Positions 1 to 12,151 of a stretch of DNA of 64,000 nt are shown piece by piece. The notes under the pieces are model-generated. The model made no database searches and was not told the origin of the DNA. It saw nothing but the letters and a program-made list of their open reading frames with translations. The stretch's first letter is position 1; each line of letters starts with the position of its first letter. The position numbers were made by a program, and so were the translations under genes. Source of the stretch: Octopus sinensis (taxonomy: Eukaryota); NCBI RefSeq assembly GCF_006345805.1, contig NC_043011.1, positions 26,920,464-26,984,463 on the forward strand, given 5' to 3'.

Positions 1-65
1 TAACAAGCTAACTGTATACAGTGCTAAGGGTACACTAAAATTTTTTTGGAGAAAAACTTAAGGTC

Positions 66-185
66 TTGTTTAATGCATCTAAGTTTCCTAAGCGGTCACC
101 CAACTAAGTACTAACTGGGCTCAACATTGCTTAAGTTCAGTGATAGGGCAAGTACTGGTGTTTTCAATATTATATGGCTATGATA
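66..185 (-). pseudogene. Degenerate 5S rRNA copy (pseudogene or 5S-derived SINE head)
   Basis: Reverse complement reads TAGCCATATAATATTGAAAACACCAGTACTTGCCCTATCACTGAACTTAAGCAATGTTGAGCCCAGTTAGTACTTAGTTGGGTGACCGCTTAGGAAAC, colinear with eukaryotic 5S rRNA including A/C-box regions. Many CpG-type transitions; 3' end diverged. Confidence 0.88.
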
Positions 186-539
186 TGGTTGACAGATGTT
201 AAGTATACAGTCCACCTTTGTTTAACACATATAGGGAGAGCTTTAGGGGTTATATGCCAAGTAAAAAGTCAACATATATGTCATTGTATAATACGTGTTA
301 CTTTCATGTTCCTGGGTGTTGATTATGCCATATATTTTCTAAAATATATCTAAAATATACTACGCATCCTAGAGGACAAAAGTTACATTTTTCATAAACT
401 AATTTTGACCCCAGCAGAAGGTTATCTTTATTAAACTTGCCATGTCTCTGTAGTGTAATAGTAAAAGAAAAGAATACAGATGATAAGTGATCAACAAGGA
501 TCTAGATAATACAGTTCTATATTTAAGAGATGAGGAATT

Positions 540-905
540 ATGTACATTACTTACATTCGATGGGTATTTCACTTCAGCTTGTCTGTTGTTAACACAACAT
601 TTCAGATGATATACCCTCTAGCCTTCATCAGGTGACTTGGGGAAATTTTGAACCTGCTTGTAGGCATATGGCGTAGTGGTTAAGAGCGCGGGCTATTAAC
701 CCTAAGATTCTGAGTCTGATTCCAGGCTGTGACTTGAATAATTATAATAATAATAATAATAATATCGACAAATACCTTAGGAATGACAACCCAGGCTTGA
801 AATTTCCCCAAGTCACCTGATGAAGGCTGGAGGGTATACCAGCCGAAATGTGTTAACAACAAACAAGATGAGGACAAATATCCGTCGAATGTAAATAATG
901 TAAAT
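540..905 (+). mobile_element. tRNA-headed short element with Penelope-like hammerhead tail and inverted tail copy at its 5' side (copy 1)
   Basis: About 660-740 tRNA-like head (TGGCGTAGTGG A-box, degenerate B-box), (AAT)n linker, tail 765-905 with CTGATGA...GAAA. 540-656 is an inverted copy of 791-905. Confidence 0.75.
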
Positions 906-1071
906 AAGGATCTAGATGTTGCTGTTTTTATGTTTTATCTTCTTTTCAATTAAAGTTAAAATTGGGGTGTATATTCAAGACCAGAGCATCCTTGATGCTG
1001 GGAAATCTGATAGTTAACAATGTGAAGGTTAGTCTACTTTTAGCCATCACCCATACAAACAACATTATTTA

Positions 1072-1230
1072 TATTTGACTGATATTTGTCTTCATCTTGT
1101 TTGTTGTTAACACAACGTTTCGGCTGATATACCCTACAGCCTTCATCAGGTGTCTTGGGGAAATTTCGAACCTGCCCGTGGGCATATGGCGAAATGGTTA
1201 AGAGCATGGGCTACTAACCCTAAGATTCTG
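1072..1230 (+). mobile_element. Second, 3'-truncated copy of the tRNA-head/hammerhead-tail element
   Basis: Inverted tail 1072-1174 joined to the same tRNA-like head (GGGCATATGGCG..GGTTAAGAGC..GGCTACTAACCC) at the same junction (GAACCTG|C) as copy 1. Confidence 0.75.
1109..1154 (-). ncRNA. Minimal type I hammerhead ribozyme motif (Penelope type)
   Basis: Minus strand: GACAC CTGATGA A GGCTG TAGGGTATAT CAGCC GAAAC GTT GTGTT. Stem I GACAC/GTGTT, stem II GGCTG/CAGCC, palindromic ACGT in place of stem III. Confidence 0.75.
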
Positions 1231-1299
1231 ATGCTACAAGATTTTAAGGCCCACCTTCTATGACTGGATAATAGGCACAAGCATGCAATTTGCATCACA

Positions 1300-1640
1300 A
1301 CCACTGTGTGGCACATTGGGCAACTATCTTCTTCTATAGACCCAGATCATTCAAGGCCTTGTGAGTGGATGTCGTAGACAGAAACTGAAAGAAACCCATT
1401 GTGTGTTTGTGTGTGTGTGTATGTATAATTATATATATATATGCTTGTATGTGTAAGTATGTGTGTTTGTCTCTCCTTGTCTTGACATTGTGTACGTGTT
1501 GTAAATGGATATCATTTCATTTCCAATATTCTGTGAAAACATGTGTAGTGTAGCCATGAGTAAAAAAAGTTACCTTATTTGGAAGCACGTGCAGGTTGGT
1601 AACAAGAAAGGCATCTTGCTGTAGAGTGTTGTGCAATTCT
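1300..1640 (+). mobile_element. SINE A variant with RTE-like 3' tail, degenerate
   Basis: GGCACATTGGGCAACTATCTTC...GAAACTGAAAGAAACCC, (TG)n, then GGTTGGTAACAAGAAAGGCATC resembling the RTE 3' end seen elsewhere in the window. Confidence 0.6.
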
Positions 1641-1877
1641 CTCACCCTCCAGCTGTCACATCCAGTATATTCCATTTGGCCAAGGATGAAGTGGTCAATA
1701 GTGTTTCCATGTCTGCTCATGAGTGTATAGGTACTTAGAACAATTAGTGAAAGCATTATATATGTTACTTAGCCAGACTTGCTTGCTAGTGACACCTGGT
1801 TGCACTGCACAACACATGAAAGATATATTAACTCAAAATCCCTTTGTTATTTTAGTTAACTGAAATTTGTTTCATAT

Positions 1878-2087
1878 TTTGGTACGAGGCCAGCAGTTTT
1901 GAGAGGAGGAAAGGAGTAGTTGATATGAGTGACCACAATACTTGACTGGTACATTATTTTATCAACTCTGAAAGGATGAAATGCAAAGTTGATTGCGGTG
2001 GTATTTGAACTCAGAATATAAAGACTTGAAAAAGAAATGGTTCTAAGCATTTTGTCCAATGTGTTAATGATTCTATTGGCTTGCCAA
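1878..2087 (-). mobile_element. SINE B, degenerate
   Basis: GAAAGGATGAAATGCAAAGTTGA...ATTTGAACTCAGAA matches the family B copies at 32750 and 57841. Confidence 0.7.
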
Positions 2088-2217
2088 TTTCTCGGTTCCC
2101 TTTTTAAGTGCAGGGAGCTCTCGAGATTCATCCATTTGACTTTCATACAACTCAAACATTTAAAAGTTCAAGAAGTACAAAGTCAGAATAAATCTTTAGG
2201 ATTACCGATATACACAC

Positions 2218-2610
2218 AGGCATGGACATGGCTGTGTTGTAAAAAAATTGCTTTCCAACCACATGGTTTCGGGTTCAGTCTCACTGCATGGCACCTTGGG
2301 CAAGGGTCTTCTACGATAGCTTCAGGCTGACCAAAGCCTTGGAGTGGATTTTGTAGACAGAAACTGAAAGAAGCCCATCATGTATATGTATATGTGTGTG
2401 TTTCTGTATTTGTCCCCCACCACTGCTTGACAACTGGTGTTGGTGTGTTTACATCCCTATAATTTAATGGTTCAGCAAAATAGATCGATAGAATAAGTAC
2501 CAGGCTTAAAAATAAAAGTTCTGGGGTTAATTCATTTGATTAAAATATTCTTCAAAGCAGTGCCCCAGCATGGCTGCAGTCCAATGACTGAAGCAAGGGA
2601 AAGATAAAAG
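2218..2610 (+). mobile_element. SINE A (tRNA-derived, CORE-like), full length
   Basis: Head GGCTGTGT..TTGCTT.CCAACCACATGGTT..GGGTTCAGTC, ACCTTGGGCAAG (MIR/CORE-like), central microsatellite, tail AGCATGGC.GCAGTC.AATGACTGAA. Confidence 0.85.
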
Positions 2611-3336
2611 GCAAAAGCTACAGACACACAATTATTCTTTCATTTTAAAACACACAGAAGTACAAGAAGGAAAAATCGAATGAATGAATCTTAAATTCTG
2701 ATTGTATATTAGCATCTTCACTTTACTGTTAATTTTTCATGCAGCAGGTGTCTCTGGATAGTTTTCCTCCCCCATAGACAATCTTCCCTTTGTATAGCTT
2801 TGTGCACTGGACAGTTGAGTGATAACTATCATATAACCATGGGCACAGCTTGCCTTTCCTTATTCTCATCAATAAGATTAGAACTGATGTTTTTCAATAT
2901 TACATAACTGTAAGCTTATCTCGCCATAGGTATGGAGATGATAAAGCGTAGAATAGAAGCAACAGTCAAAACAGTTTTAAATAAAAACACATAGAAACAA
3001 AAATCCAAGATATCAACAAATCCCTTTTCCCAAAAGCAGTACACTAAATCAGATTAGGAATTATACCATATTTGAAGTAAACAGTTAGCAAATTAGATGT
3101 TAGGGTGGAAAAAAAAAAAAAATTGAAAATATCACAAAGTTATAGGAAATGTTCATGGTGAAATTTGTTTGTGCAGACTGTTAAACTAATAAACACTGCA
3201 GACTTTTTCAGTTGCATCTGTCTTTGTATTCTCATAAGCCAACAGCATTGACTCTCTATATGGTCACTCAGCTTGGCTAGAAGAAGCAGCCAAATCTTCC
3301 TTAAATCACACACACTTGGTCTTTTTTTTTAATAAA

Positions 3337-3525
3337 GGTGCAGGGGTGGCTGTGTGGTAAGTAGCTTACTTACCAACCACATGGTTCTGGGTTCAGTCCC
3401 ACTGCGTGGTACCTTGGGCAAGTTTGTTCTACTATAGCCTCGGGCCGACCAAAGCCTTGTGAGTGGATTTGATAGACAGAAACTGAAAGGAGCCCGTCGT
3501 ATATATGTATATATATATATATATA

Positions 3526-3561
<36 letters not shown>

Positions 3562-3775
3562 ATATGTTTGTGTGTCTGTGTTTGTCCCCCCAACATCGCT
3601 TGACAACCGATGCGCGCATGTTTACATCCCCATAACTTAGTGGTTCGGCAAAAGAGACTGATAGAATAAGTACTAGGCTTACAAAGAATAAATCCTGGGG
3701 TCGATTTGCTCGGCTAAAGGCGGTGCTCCAGCATGGCCGTAGTCAAATGACTGAAACAAGTAAAAGAGTAAAAGG
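3337..3775 (+). mobile_element. SINE A, full length, young
   Basis: Complete head, CORE-like block, (TA)n(TG)n and tail ending AGTAAAAGAGTAAAAG; retains CpGs. Confidence 0.9.
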
Positions 3776-4324
3776 AGGAATTACATTGGATAAAGTTATT
3801 GTAGATATACTGTTTCAAGTAAAAAAAAAAAAAAGATGGTATGGTCATGGCTGGAGTGTCTCAATTAGAGCTGACTTAGGATTGAACAGCAACAACAGCA
3901 GTGGCAACAATGAATTCTGCATTTCCTTATAAACCAATTTGTGAGATGTTGTTTTCATTTTTTGCATAGTTCATAATGACAGTGGCAACAACATGGGTTT
4001 CTGACCTCCATGCAAGTGTAGGTATTTAAAGTGGGAGCTGCATTGTCAATTGAATTAGATCTAGCATATTACTGGTACTTATAATGATTGAATCTATATG
4101 GTCAATTGGATGCAAATTTCGAGCCTGACAATATTTTAGCTGAAAATGTAGAGAAATTTTAACTAAATGCGACTACTACAAGACTTATTTACTCTTGTAT
4201 TCCAGCATTTATATTAATTTGCTAATATTATAAGAATTTTGAAATTTCAAAAGATATGATATAAAATATTTTTGATGGTGGAACTCAAATAGATAAAGCT
4301 ATAAATAGTAACATGTAGGATACA

Positions 4325-4550
4325 TGAAGCCCGTCGTATATATGTATATATATATATGCGTGTGTGTTTTTGCTTGACAACCGATGCTGGTGTGTTTATG
4401 TCCCCGTTACTTAGCGGTTCGGCAAAAGAAACCGATAGAATAAGTACTGGGCTTACAAAAGAATAAGTCCCGGGGTTGAGTTGCTCGATTAAAGGCAGTG
4501 CTCCAGCATGGCTGCAGTCAAATGACTGAAACAAGTAAAAGAGTAAAGAG
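4325..4550 (+). mobile_element. SINE A 3' half
   Basis: GAAGCCCGTCGTATATATG...GCTTGACAACCGATGCTGG...GACTGAAACAAGTAAAAGAG. Confidence 0.85.
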
Positions 4551-4649
4551 TACTGGATTAAAAACCTCACCTCTTGGATGGAAAATGTTGAAAGTTGTCC
4601 CACTTTAGTTTGCTAATATCTAGAGGTAACAAAGTGGAGTTTTCAGCAT

Positions 4650-4870
4650 AGTTATTTGACCTGCAAAATATAGTAGCCAAATCTCCTTTGTAACATTGTC
4701 GTACTATTGGAAAAAAAAAAAAATAATAAAGAAATAGACACATTAGATAGTGTAATGGTAAATATATTGGTCTAAGTAAAAGGAGGCTAGATAGTTATGG
4801 GTGAAAAGACTTTGGTCATAGGTCTACTCAATCAGGGCGGGCCTATGAAGCTAAATAATAATAGCAGTGG
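4650..4870 (+). repeat. Unclassified dispersed repeat 'E' with (CAA)n-like tail (pieces also near 3255, 3835, 6060, 31150, 35585(-), 55815, 58150(-), 63130(-))
   Basis: Recurrent blocks GCTAGAAATAGCAGCCAAATCTC, GGACACATTGGATAATGTAGTC, ATGGTCATGGCTGGAAT, GACCTGGGGCTAAACA. Confidence 0.65.
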
Positions 4871-6227
4871 CAACAGGAATTTGCTAATGGACAAAGTGAC
4901 TGAACAAATTCCTACATTGTTGTTAGATGTGCTAGAAATAGTAGCCACCACACAGCTCCTCAAATCATACCTGACTCTTCTGCGAAAAAAAAAAAAAAAA
5001 GCAAAGAACGAGGGGTCAAGATTCACTTGTGCCAATCCAGGGCAGTGGGTTGACAAAACTGTTAGAGGGTCTGTTCCAGCTTTTTGCTTTCTGATAATAA
5101 CACCTATGACAACACTGTTACTAAGTTGGCTGCCTTTCCCCTTGAATCAAACATAATGTGGAAACGGAAGACTTACAAGCATAGGAAGCTGCTGGTTTTT
5201 CTCAAAGAAAAAAAAAAGAACAAATCTTGCTCAATGTTGACCATAAATCTGTACATACATTTGAAAATGCATTGTCAATGTTAACTGACAGAAACCCTGC
5301 ACTTGTGCCATATTTCTGGTAAATTCCTTATCCCCTCAAGATTTTTTTTTCAGTTTGGAACATATTATTTGAATTGCTTTAGGCTATAACAAGGGCTTTG
5401 TTAATTGATTAGGTTAAACAAAAAGCAATAACAGAACGAAACAAACCACTTCATCAAAATAACAAAGTCCAATTTATTTATCTTTTGTCTTTTCCCTCAT
5501 TTGGAATACAAAGAAGACGAGAATTACAGATGTCAATAATCTCAATGAAGTGGCTGAAACAAACTATATTAGTTATGAAATGATATTTTCTTCATTTTAT
5601 AATTTTTGAATATTGTTCAAATTATTGACTGAAATATACAAGAAAGCAAGAAACAAAATAAAATAACAAACAGACACTAAAATCACTAAATATATTTGTT
5701 TTAAGTGACGTCAAAAGAATTTCTTTTTAACTTTTTTTTTTTGTAACCCTGAGGAGGTGGAGCCAATTAATTCACTGAAAGAGAATGTAGGTGGTATGGA
5801 GATATCAGGCCAGCATTTGAAATGCTAAAGTTCAGAATTTGCTATGGTTTTACGTTGGCAGCAATTAATCCAAATGAAATAGAAGTGCAAATAATTGGTA
5901 ATATATATCTATTTGCCTGTGTCCACAGCGATGATAATTTTCATTTTCTGCAGAGTAAGTTAATTATCATTTGAAGCAGTTGAGACTTCATATCCATTTA
6001 CTGGAATAATTTTGGCTTGACCCTTGGCAATTACATTTAGCTTCCATTGGTGCTTTATTACACAGCATTACCCACTATTCTTCAGCTAATGAGCAAAACC
6101 AGAGGTAGGTGTCAAGGGTCCCTCAAAATCACATCTAACTCTACTGTCTTAAAAAAATGATAGGACATATTGGATAATGTAGTCTTAGGTACACTATATC
6201 TGAAAATAAAACAAATATTTAGCAAAT

Positions 6228-6325
6228 AGTGTGGCTATGTGGTAAGAAGTTTCTCAACCACATGGTTTTGGGTTCAGTCCCACTGCATGGTATCTTGGGC
6301 AAATGTCTTCTGCTATAGCCTCGGG
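6228..6325 (+). mobile_element. SINE A head fragment
   Basis: GTGGCTATGTGGTAAGAAG...GGGTTCAGTCCCACTGC...TATAGCCTCGGG. Confidence 0.75.
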
Positions 6326-7482
6326 AACCACTGAGTTAAACTGTAATAAGCAGTATAAAGTCCAAATGTACCTTGTCTTGGGGTAGGTATTAGTGTACTG
6401 ACCTTTAGTTAGAATTCCATCAACTTAAACTTGTTTAAAAAATTTCAGTAGCAAATAAAATAACAACAGCAACAACAACCAAAATAAAAATGCTTATTTA
6501 CTATCTTACTCTCCGGCAAAAATCATATATGTCAAGAGTTTAATAAACAAGCTGTTTAGCTTAGAAATTTCTTTTCACAACACAAGAAATACGAAAAATA
6601 TAACCTTCTTCTTTCTGTATGTGAACACAAGGTTATATTTTTAATATTTTTTTTTTTTTTACTAGTTTCAGACATTTGACTACAACTATGTTGAGGCACC
6701 TGAATGTGTTTTGATCATTCATTTGAACATTCATTGCTGACTCTTTCATCTGATCTGTCCATATTAGGCATCCATAGACTCATACTGATATTGTTGTTCC
6801 AGATATCTTAAGCACGGTTGAATGCACACATTTATATCTGAGAATTAGGCTTTATTACAGGTTTGAGCTGAATTCTTTGCCACTCTTGTAGGAAACATGT
6901 ATGCTGTAGTCAATTACATTAACTCCAACAACAACACTTATTGGCTATTGAAGGGATGTAAGACAAAATATACCTTAGCAGGACTTGAACTTAGAATGTA
7001 TAGGGTTGTAATCAAATATCACAAAGTATTTTATCTGATTTATACCAATTCTGCCAAGCAATCAATTAATAACCAACCAACATATGTGGTTATTTTTCCT
7101 GATGTAACTACTTCATATATTTCATATCTAAAAATAAGAGTTAACTCTTGATTTATTTATGTATAACACACATTTTAACCACATTTTTAAACCTGTATTT
7201 TAGGGGTGCTCATTATACAAGGTAATTAAATGCTAATAAGTTTTTTCCTAGTCAAGCATGTCACCACATTCAGGGTGGCATGATGGATGTAAGCTATTGT
7301 CCAAGGTAACGGACACCACCATCAATGTTTTAATATCCACTTTTCTATGCTGTGTGTATGCGTATATATGTCTATATCTATCTGTCTGTGTGTATATATG
7401 CTAAAGTAATAAATATTAATCTTTTGAAAATTAGTCTTCATTTCATAATTTTGTATCAACACTAGGAAATATATATGTTTGT

Positions 7483-7776
7483 TTCTTATCGAGCCATGCG
7501 TGGCTCATAAGGGCTGGTTTCCTGGTTTCCTTGGCATGTAGGTTCCCCACCTGGACAGGACGCTGGTCTGTTGCAGGTGAGCTGCAAGATGCAGGAGGAA
7601 AGAGTGAGAGAAAGTTGTGGCGAAAGAGTCAGCAGAAGTTCGCCATTACCTTCTGCCGGAGCTGCATGGAGCTTAGGTGTTTCGCTCATAAACACACACA
7701 TCGTCCAGTCTGAGATTCAAACCCATGATCCCTCGACCACGAGTTCGCTGCTTTAACCACTAGGTCATGTGCCTCC
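7483..7776 (-). mobile_element. SINE C (tRNA head plus V-SINE-like domain)
   Basis: Reverse of the family at 60919: GGAGGCACATGACC..GTGGTTAAAGCAGCG head; tail CCAGCGTCCTGTCCAG...GAAACCAGCCCTTATGAGCC. Confidence 0.8.
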
Positions 7777-7864
7777 ACACACACACACACACACACACAT
7801 ACGCATGCACACACACATATATACATACACAGATACATGACACACACACACACACACATGACAA

Positions 7865-8003
7865 GCATCTTTCAGTTTCTGTCTAGCTCATTCACTCACA
7901 AGGCTAGACAGAAGATGCTTACCAAAGATGCCACACAGTGGGACTGAACCTGAAACAATGTAGTTGGGAAGCACACTTCTTACCACTCAGCCACTCCTTC
8001 ACC
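7865..8003 (-). mobile_element. SINE A 5' half
   Basis: CTTTCAGTTTCTGTCTA...CAGTGGGACTGAACC...CACTCAGCCACTCC. Confidence 0.75.
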
Positions 8004-9064
8004 TATGTATAACAAAGAATTAAGATCATAATAATAAATAATATTACATTTTTTAAAATGATATTGATGATATATTAAATATTCATGCATGTATCTCACA
8101 TAATTACTGCCATCAACTTTTAGAATGAAAGGCCAAGATATAATATTTTCAGTATTGAATTACTATTTGAATTATTCAATGTGAAGATTAAATTAATGTA
8201 TAATCATTAAGATTAGTTCATAGAGAGTGTCATTATCAAAATATGAATATAAACTTTAAAAAATAAATACTTCTATTATTTAAATTCTATAATTATTATA
8301 ATGAACTATCACTATATATTTTTTTAGTGAACGAATGAATTTGGTTATGGAAGCATTTAAATGGAAGTGTTTACATTCTGCATTGTATCTTTATCTCTTA
8401 GGACTGGTTAACTTTTTGCAGTAGATACACTTTTACAACAGATACACCAGTAAAGTTCAAAGATCACTTTTGAATTTGTTTATTGTTTTGAAGCTGTGTA
8501 TTTTATAGACAGCAATTATTATAAATATAAGTTTTTTTTTCCCCACATCATAATACTTAAAAAAAAAAGAAAAAAATCCTTTCATAATATTTTTTTCCAT
8601 GATTTCATAGTAGATAACTAGCTGTGAGGATTATATACAAACTAGAATGTTAACTATCATATGACAAGTAACTTTGACAGTATATATTTTCCATTGATGA
8701 GTAATATCAGAAATTATGATATACATGCATTAATTATAATTTAACTTATCTCATATTTCCTTGTGTTGATACAAAATTATGAAATGCAGACTAATTTTCG
8801 AAAGATTAATATTTATCACTTTAGCATAAAATTAAATAAATTAACATAAAATTAAACCTTAATATAAAATTAAATTTCTCATGAAAACGGAAAAGTGTTT
8901 ACTAAATTCTTTGTTATTTTAGAAATTAATTGAAACATGGAATTGAAAAAGTTAAAACTCTTTTCACACAAATCTGCCTGAGATTGCCTCTAGCTCTGTG
9001 ATACAAAATTCTTGTTTTAAAATAATCTAAATTATAACCTTCCGTCAAAATTTCATCTCTTATT

Positions 9065-9259
9065 TTTTACTTGTCTCAGTCACTGGACTGTGGCCATGTT
9101 GGGGCATCACCTTGAAGGGTTTAGTTGAACAAACCAACTCCAGTACTTATTTTTGCTAAGTCTGGTGCTATTAGTCAATTTTGTTGAGCAGCTAAATTAC
9201 AGAGACACAAACAAACTAACATTGGTTGTCAGTTGGTGGTTAGGAACAAATACAAAGGC

Positions 9260-9295
<36 letters not shown>

Positions 9296-9412
9296 GCTTC
9301 TTTCAGTTTCTGTCTACCAAATCTGCTCACAAGGCTTTGGTTGGCCCAGGGATTTAGTAGAAGACATTTGCCCAAGATACCACACAGTAAGACTGAACCC
9401 AGAACCATGCAG
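9065..9412 (-). mobile_element. SINE A, degenerate
   Basis: TTTTACTTGTCTCAGTCACTGGACTGTGGCCATG ... CAAGGCTTTGGTTGG...GACTGAACCCAGAACCATG. Confidence 0.8.
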
Positions 9413-10112
9413 TTAACTTATGCTTCAAAACCAACTTAATAATGACAAAATATTTTTATTATATTCTTCATTATTTTCAAAAGTAATTGAAAGTAAATGA
9501 AAGTAATTTTAACAGGAATACAGTAATGAAAGGGATGAATATATGAGAATATCCTGAATCGTCTCTTCCTCATTTATGTCATCACTTCTTTGACAATCTT
9601 CCAATAGCTGAATCAAGAATATGTTTTATTTCTCTCTTGTTGTTTTTGTTTAATTTAATAATTCATAACCTGAGCTTGATATTCGAGACATTAGTGATCC
9701 TGTATGACAATTTACATTTGTATATATTGTTCAAGTGTTACATAATAAAATTCCTCATTACTTCTACAGGAACTTTTCAAGTAAATTGCAATATTTCATT
9801 TGTTCATACAATATTCAGGTGCTATATAAGATTGCAGAATATCTGTTGATAATTAAATACCAACTAACATTAAATATATATTTTTTCGAGAACAGTGACT
9901 TCTTTCAAAACCTGATATGCAGAAAATTGATCTTTCTTCACTTATTCATTTTTAAATTAGTTATATTAAACACATATGCTCTTGCAACATTCCCTGGTAA
10001 TGCAACAAATACTTTGCTGTTAAAATTTAATTTCACCTTTATTAGAATCCACTTCCCCACTTTTGTGTATTCATTGCCTATCTTTCTCATGTTTGTTTGT
10101 AACTAATTATCA

Positions 10113-10220
10113 CAGGTGTGGCTGTGTGCTAAGATGTTTGATTTCCAACCACATGGTTTCAGGTTACGCTCCACTGTGCAACACCTCTGGCTAGTGTCTT
10201 TGACTAATAGCCCCAGACTG
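10113..10220 (+). mobile_element. SINE A head fragment
   Basis: AGGTGTGGCTGTGTGCTAAG...CCAACCACATGGTTTCAGG. Confidence 0.65.
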
Positions 10221-10699
10221 GCCAATACCTTTCAACAGGCTGTTTAACCATGTAATTCCCCTCTTCATGTCTTTGACATTAGGACTATATAAAATCATAT
10301 AAGAAAACCATATCCAAGTTCATTAGAACAGAAAAATGATTTTACTCCCCAAAGCAGTCATTCTTAATTCAGCCATGAAACGTGCGTAGTTGATGTACAA
10401 GTACTTACTTTTATACATTATATTATTCTATTAATTTTTATTGTTAAGTTTATACTTTATTGGATTTTAGATTAATATTTTTATGATGAATGTTTCTTTG
10501 TATGGTATTCGCAGTGATTTTAAAAGTATTTGCTCTTATATATTATATGATTGTAATAACCTTACTGTTCAATATTATATATTATTAAAATTTTAGATTA
10601 GTATTTTGTATGGTATATGTCTCACAGCATGGTTTGGGACAGGTTCTTCATTGACTGAGTTGTGCAGTGGTGGTTCGTCTCTAAATTAGTTATATATAT

Positions 10700-11060
10700 A
10701 TATATAACAAAACTTACTTGGAGGAGATGAAATGAAACGAAAATGAATCGAATTGACACGAGGGCGCTCAGTCATACAATAGTGTAATAAATAAAATATA
10801 TGCATACATACATACATATATGTATGTACCTCCATCTACATGTATATATACATGCATATATAAATATATATACGTGAGTACAGGACACCACAAATAGACA
10901 TAGAACTCAACGAGAAATGAAAACGTAAAAACAAACGTGGAAACGGACCTAAACGAAAAAAACAGAGTACAAGACAAACTACACAAGGAAAAAACCCCTT
11001 CATCAGCTGTCCCTAGTTCAACTCCAGCGTGTTTCGAGGGTGAGGACAGATACACACACA
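10700..11060. repeat. Probable Penelope-terminal-repeat-like fragment (unclassified)
   Basis: CpG-retaining A-rich block among microsatellites, carrying CTTCATCAG and GTTTCG boxes like other PLE termini in the window. Confidence 0.35.
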
Positions 11061-11199
11061 GACAGATGCACATGCACACATGCATACACATATCTATGTA
11101 TATATATATAACTTTCCAGTTCAAGAGGTCATCTGTCTGAATGTTGCTCTCATTGCTTCAAGTTTGTTGGAGTTGCTTCTGTCCCCATCGTCATCCACC

Positions 11200-11395
11200 T
11201 CCTCATCATTATCATCATTTTATGTGTGTTTTCCATGCTGGCATGGGTTGGATGGTTTGATAGGTGTTGGGAAGTTGAAGAGCTGCACCAGTCTCCAATT
11301 GTCTGTTTTGGCATGGTTAGTTTCTAATGGTTGGATGTTCATCCTAACGTCAACCACTTTACGTATTGTACTGGGTGCTTGGCCATACTGGAGCA
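11200..11395 (-). mobile_element. RTE LINE 3' terminus fragment
   Basis: (CAT)n tail then TTCCATGCTGGCATGGGTTGGATGG...GGATGTTCATCCTAACGTCAACCAC, matching 27300-27459. Confidence 0.75.
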
Positions 11396-11429
11396 CAACC
11401 TTCTGAAATATAGTCAGTAACATCGAAAC

Positions 11430-11560
11430 CAGTACTTATCCAATGGTGTGTATTTTTTTAACTGCAGAAGGATGAAGGGTAAAATGGACCTTAGCAAGGT
11501 TTGAACTCGGAAAACCAAATACCACAAACAATATTGTCCACTGTTCTACTGATTCTGCCA
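11430..11560 (-). mobile_element. SINE B fragment
   Basis: GAAGGATGAAGGGTAAAATGGACCTT...TTTGAACTCGG. Confidence 0.55.
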
Positions 11561-11578
11561 GTCCTCAACTTACATAAT

Positions 11579-11625
<47 letters not shown>

Positions 11626-12151
11626 GCACGCACGCACACACACACACGCACGCACACACTTATGTACCCACCTGCCTGTGTGTTTGTCATTATAAGTCTT
11701 TTCTCCAATTATCTCTCTATCGCTCTCAGGGCTCTTTACATTCCTGTCTGTTTACTTATCTGTATATTTACTTCCATACACACATACACACACAAACATA
11801 TGCCTGTACACTCAATGAAACACATGTATACATGCACACATGTATACATTGCACAACTCTGTTTAAACTGCTTTCTGTTAGTGATTGCAGCAGCTCTAAT
11901 CAGTCTTCCATTGACCCTCCACCCCCCTCCTTTTCTCCCTTCTGTCATTATTTCATTCTAAATGATTATGTTTAAATTACATGCAGTGTTGTTTTTCACA
12001 GTTTTCTCTCTCATCTTACACTCTATATTGAACTTTATGTTAATCTCTGTGATATGTTACATCATGTATACAGAAACTAAATGTTCCCCTTCCCATATGG
12101 ATTTACCAAAATTATTTGCATCACCAAAGATTTCCTGCTGGCTTCCACACT

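Noticed and set aside
6720-6880. Possible ancient LINE C-terminal remnant (minus strand, IWTDQMKE)
   Set aside because: Similarity is limited to a few residues; too weak to annotate.
9790-9850. Minus-strand YIAPEY resembling a kinase APE motif
   Set aside because: Immediately followed by a stop, with no other kinase motifs or usable donor.
10985-11050. CTGATGA and GAAAC boxes on the minus strand as a hammerhead
   Set aside because: The order of the complementary arms does not fit any hammerhead topology, and no NUH/stem III can be formed.
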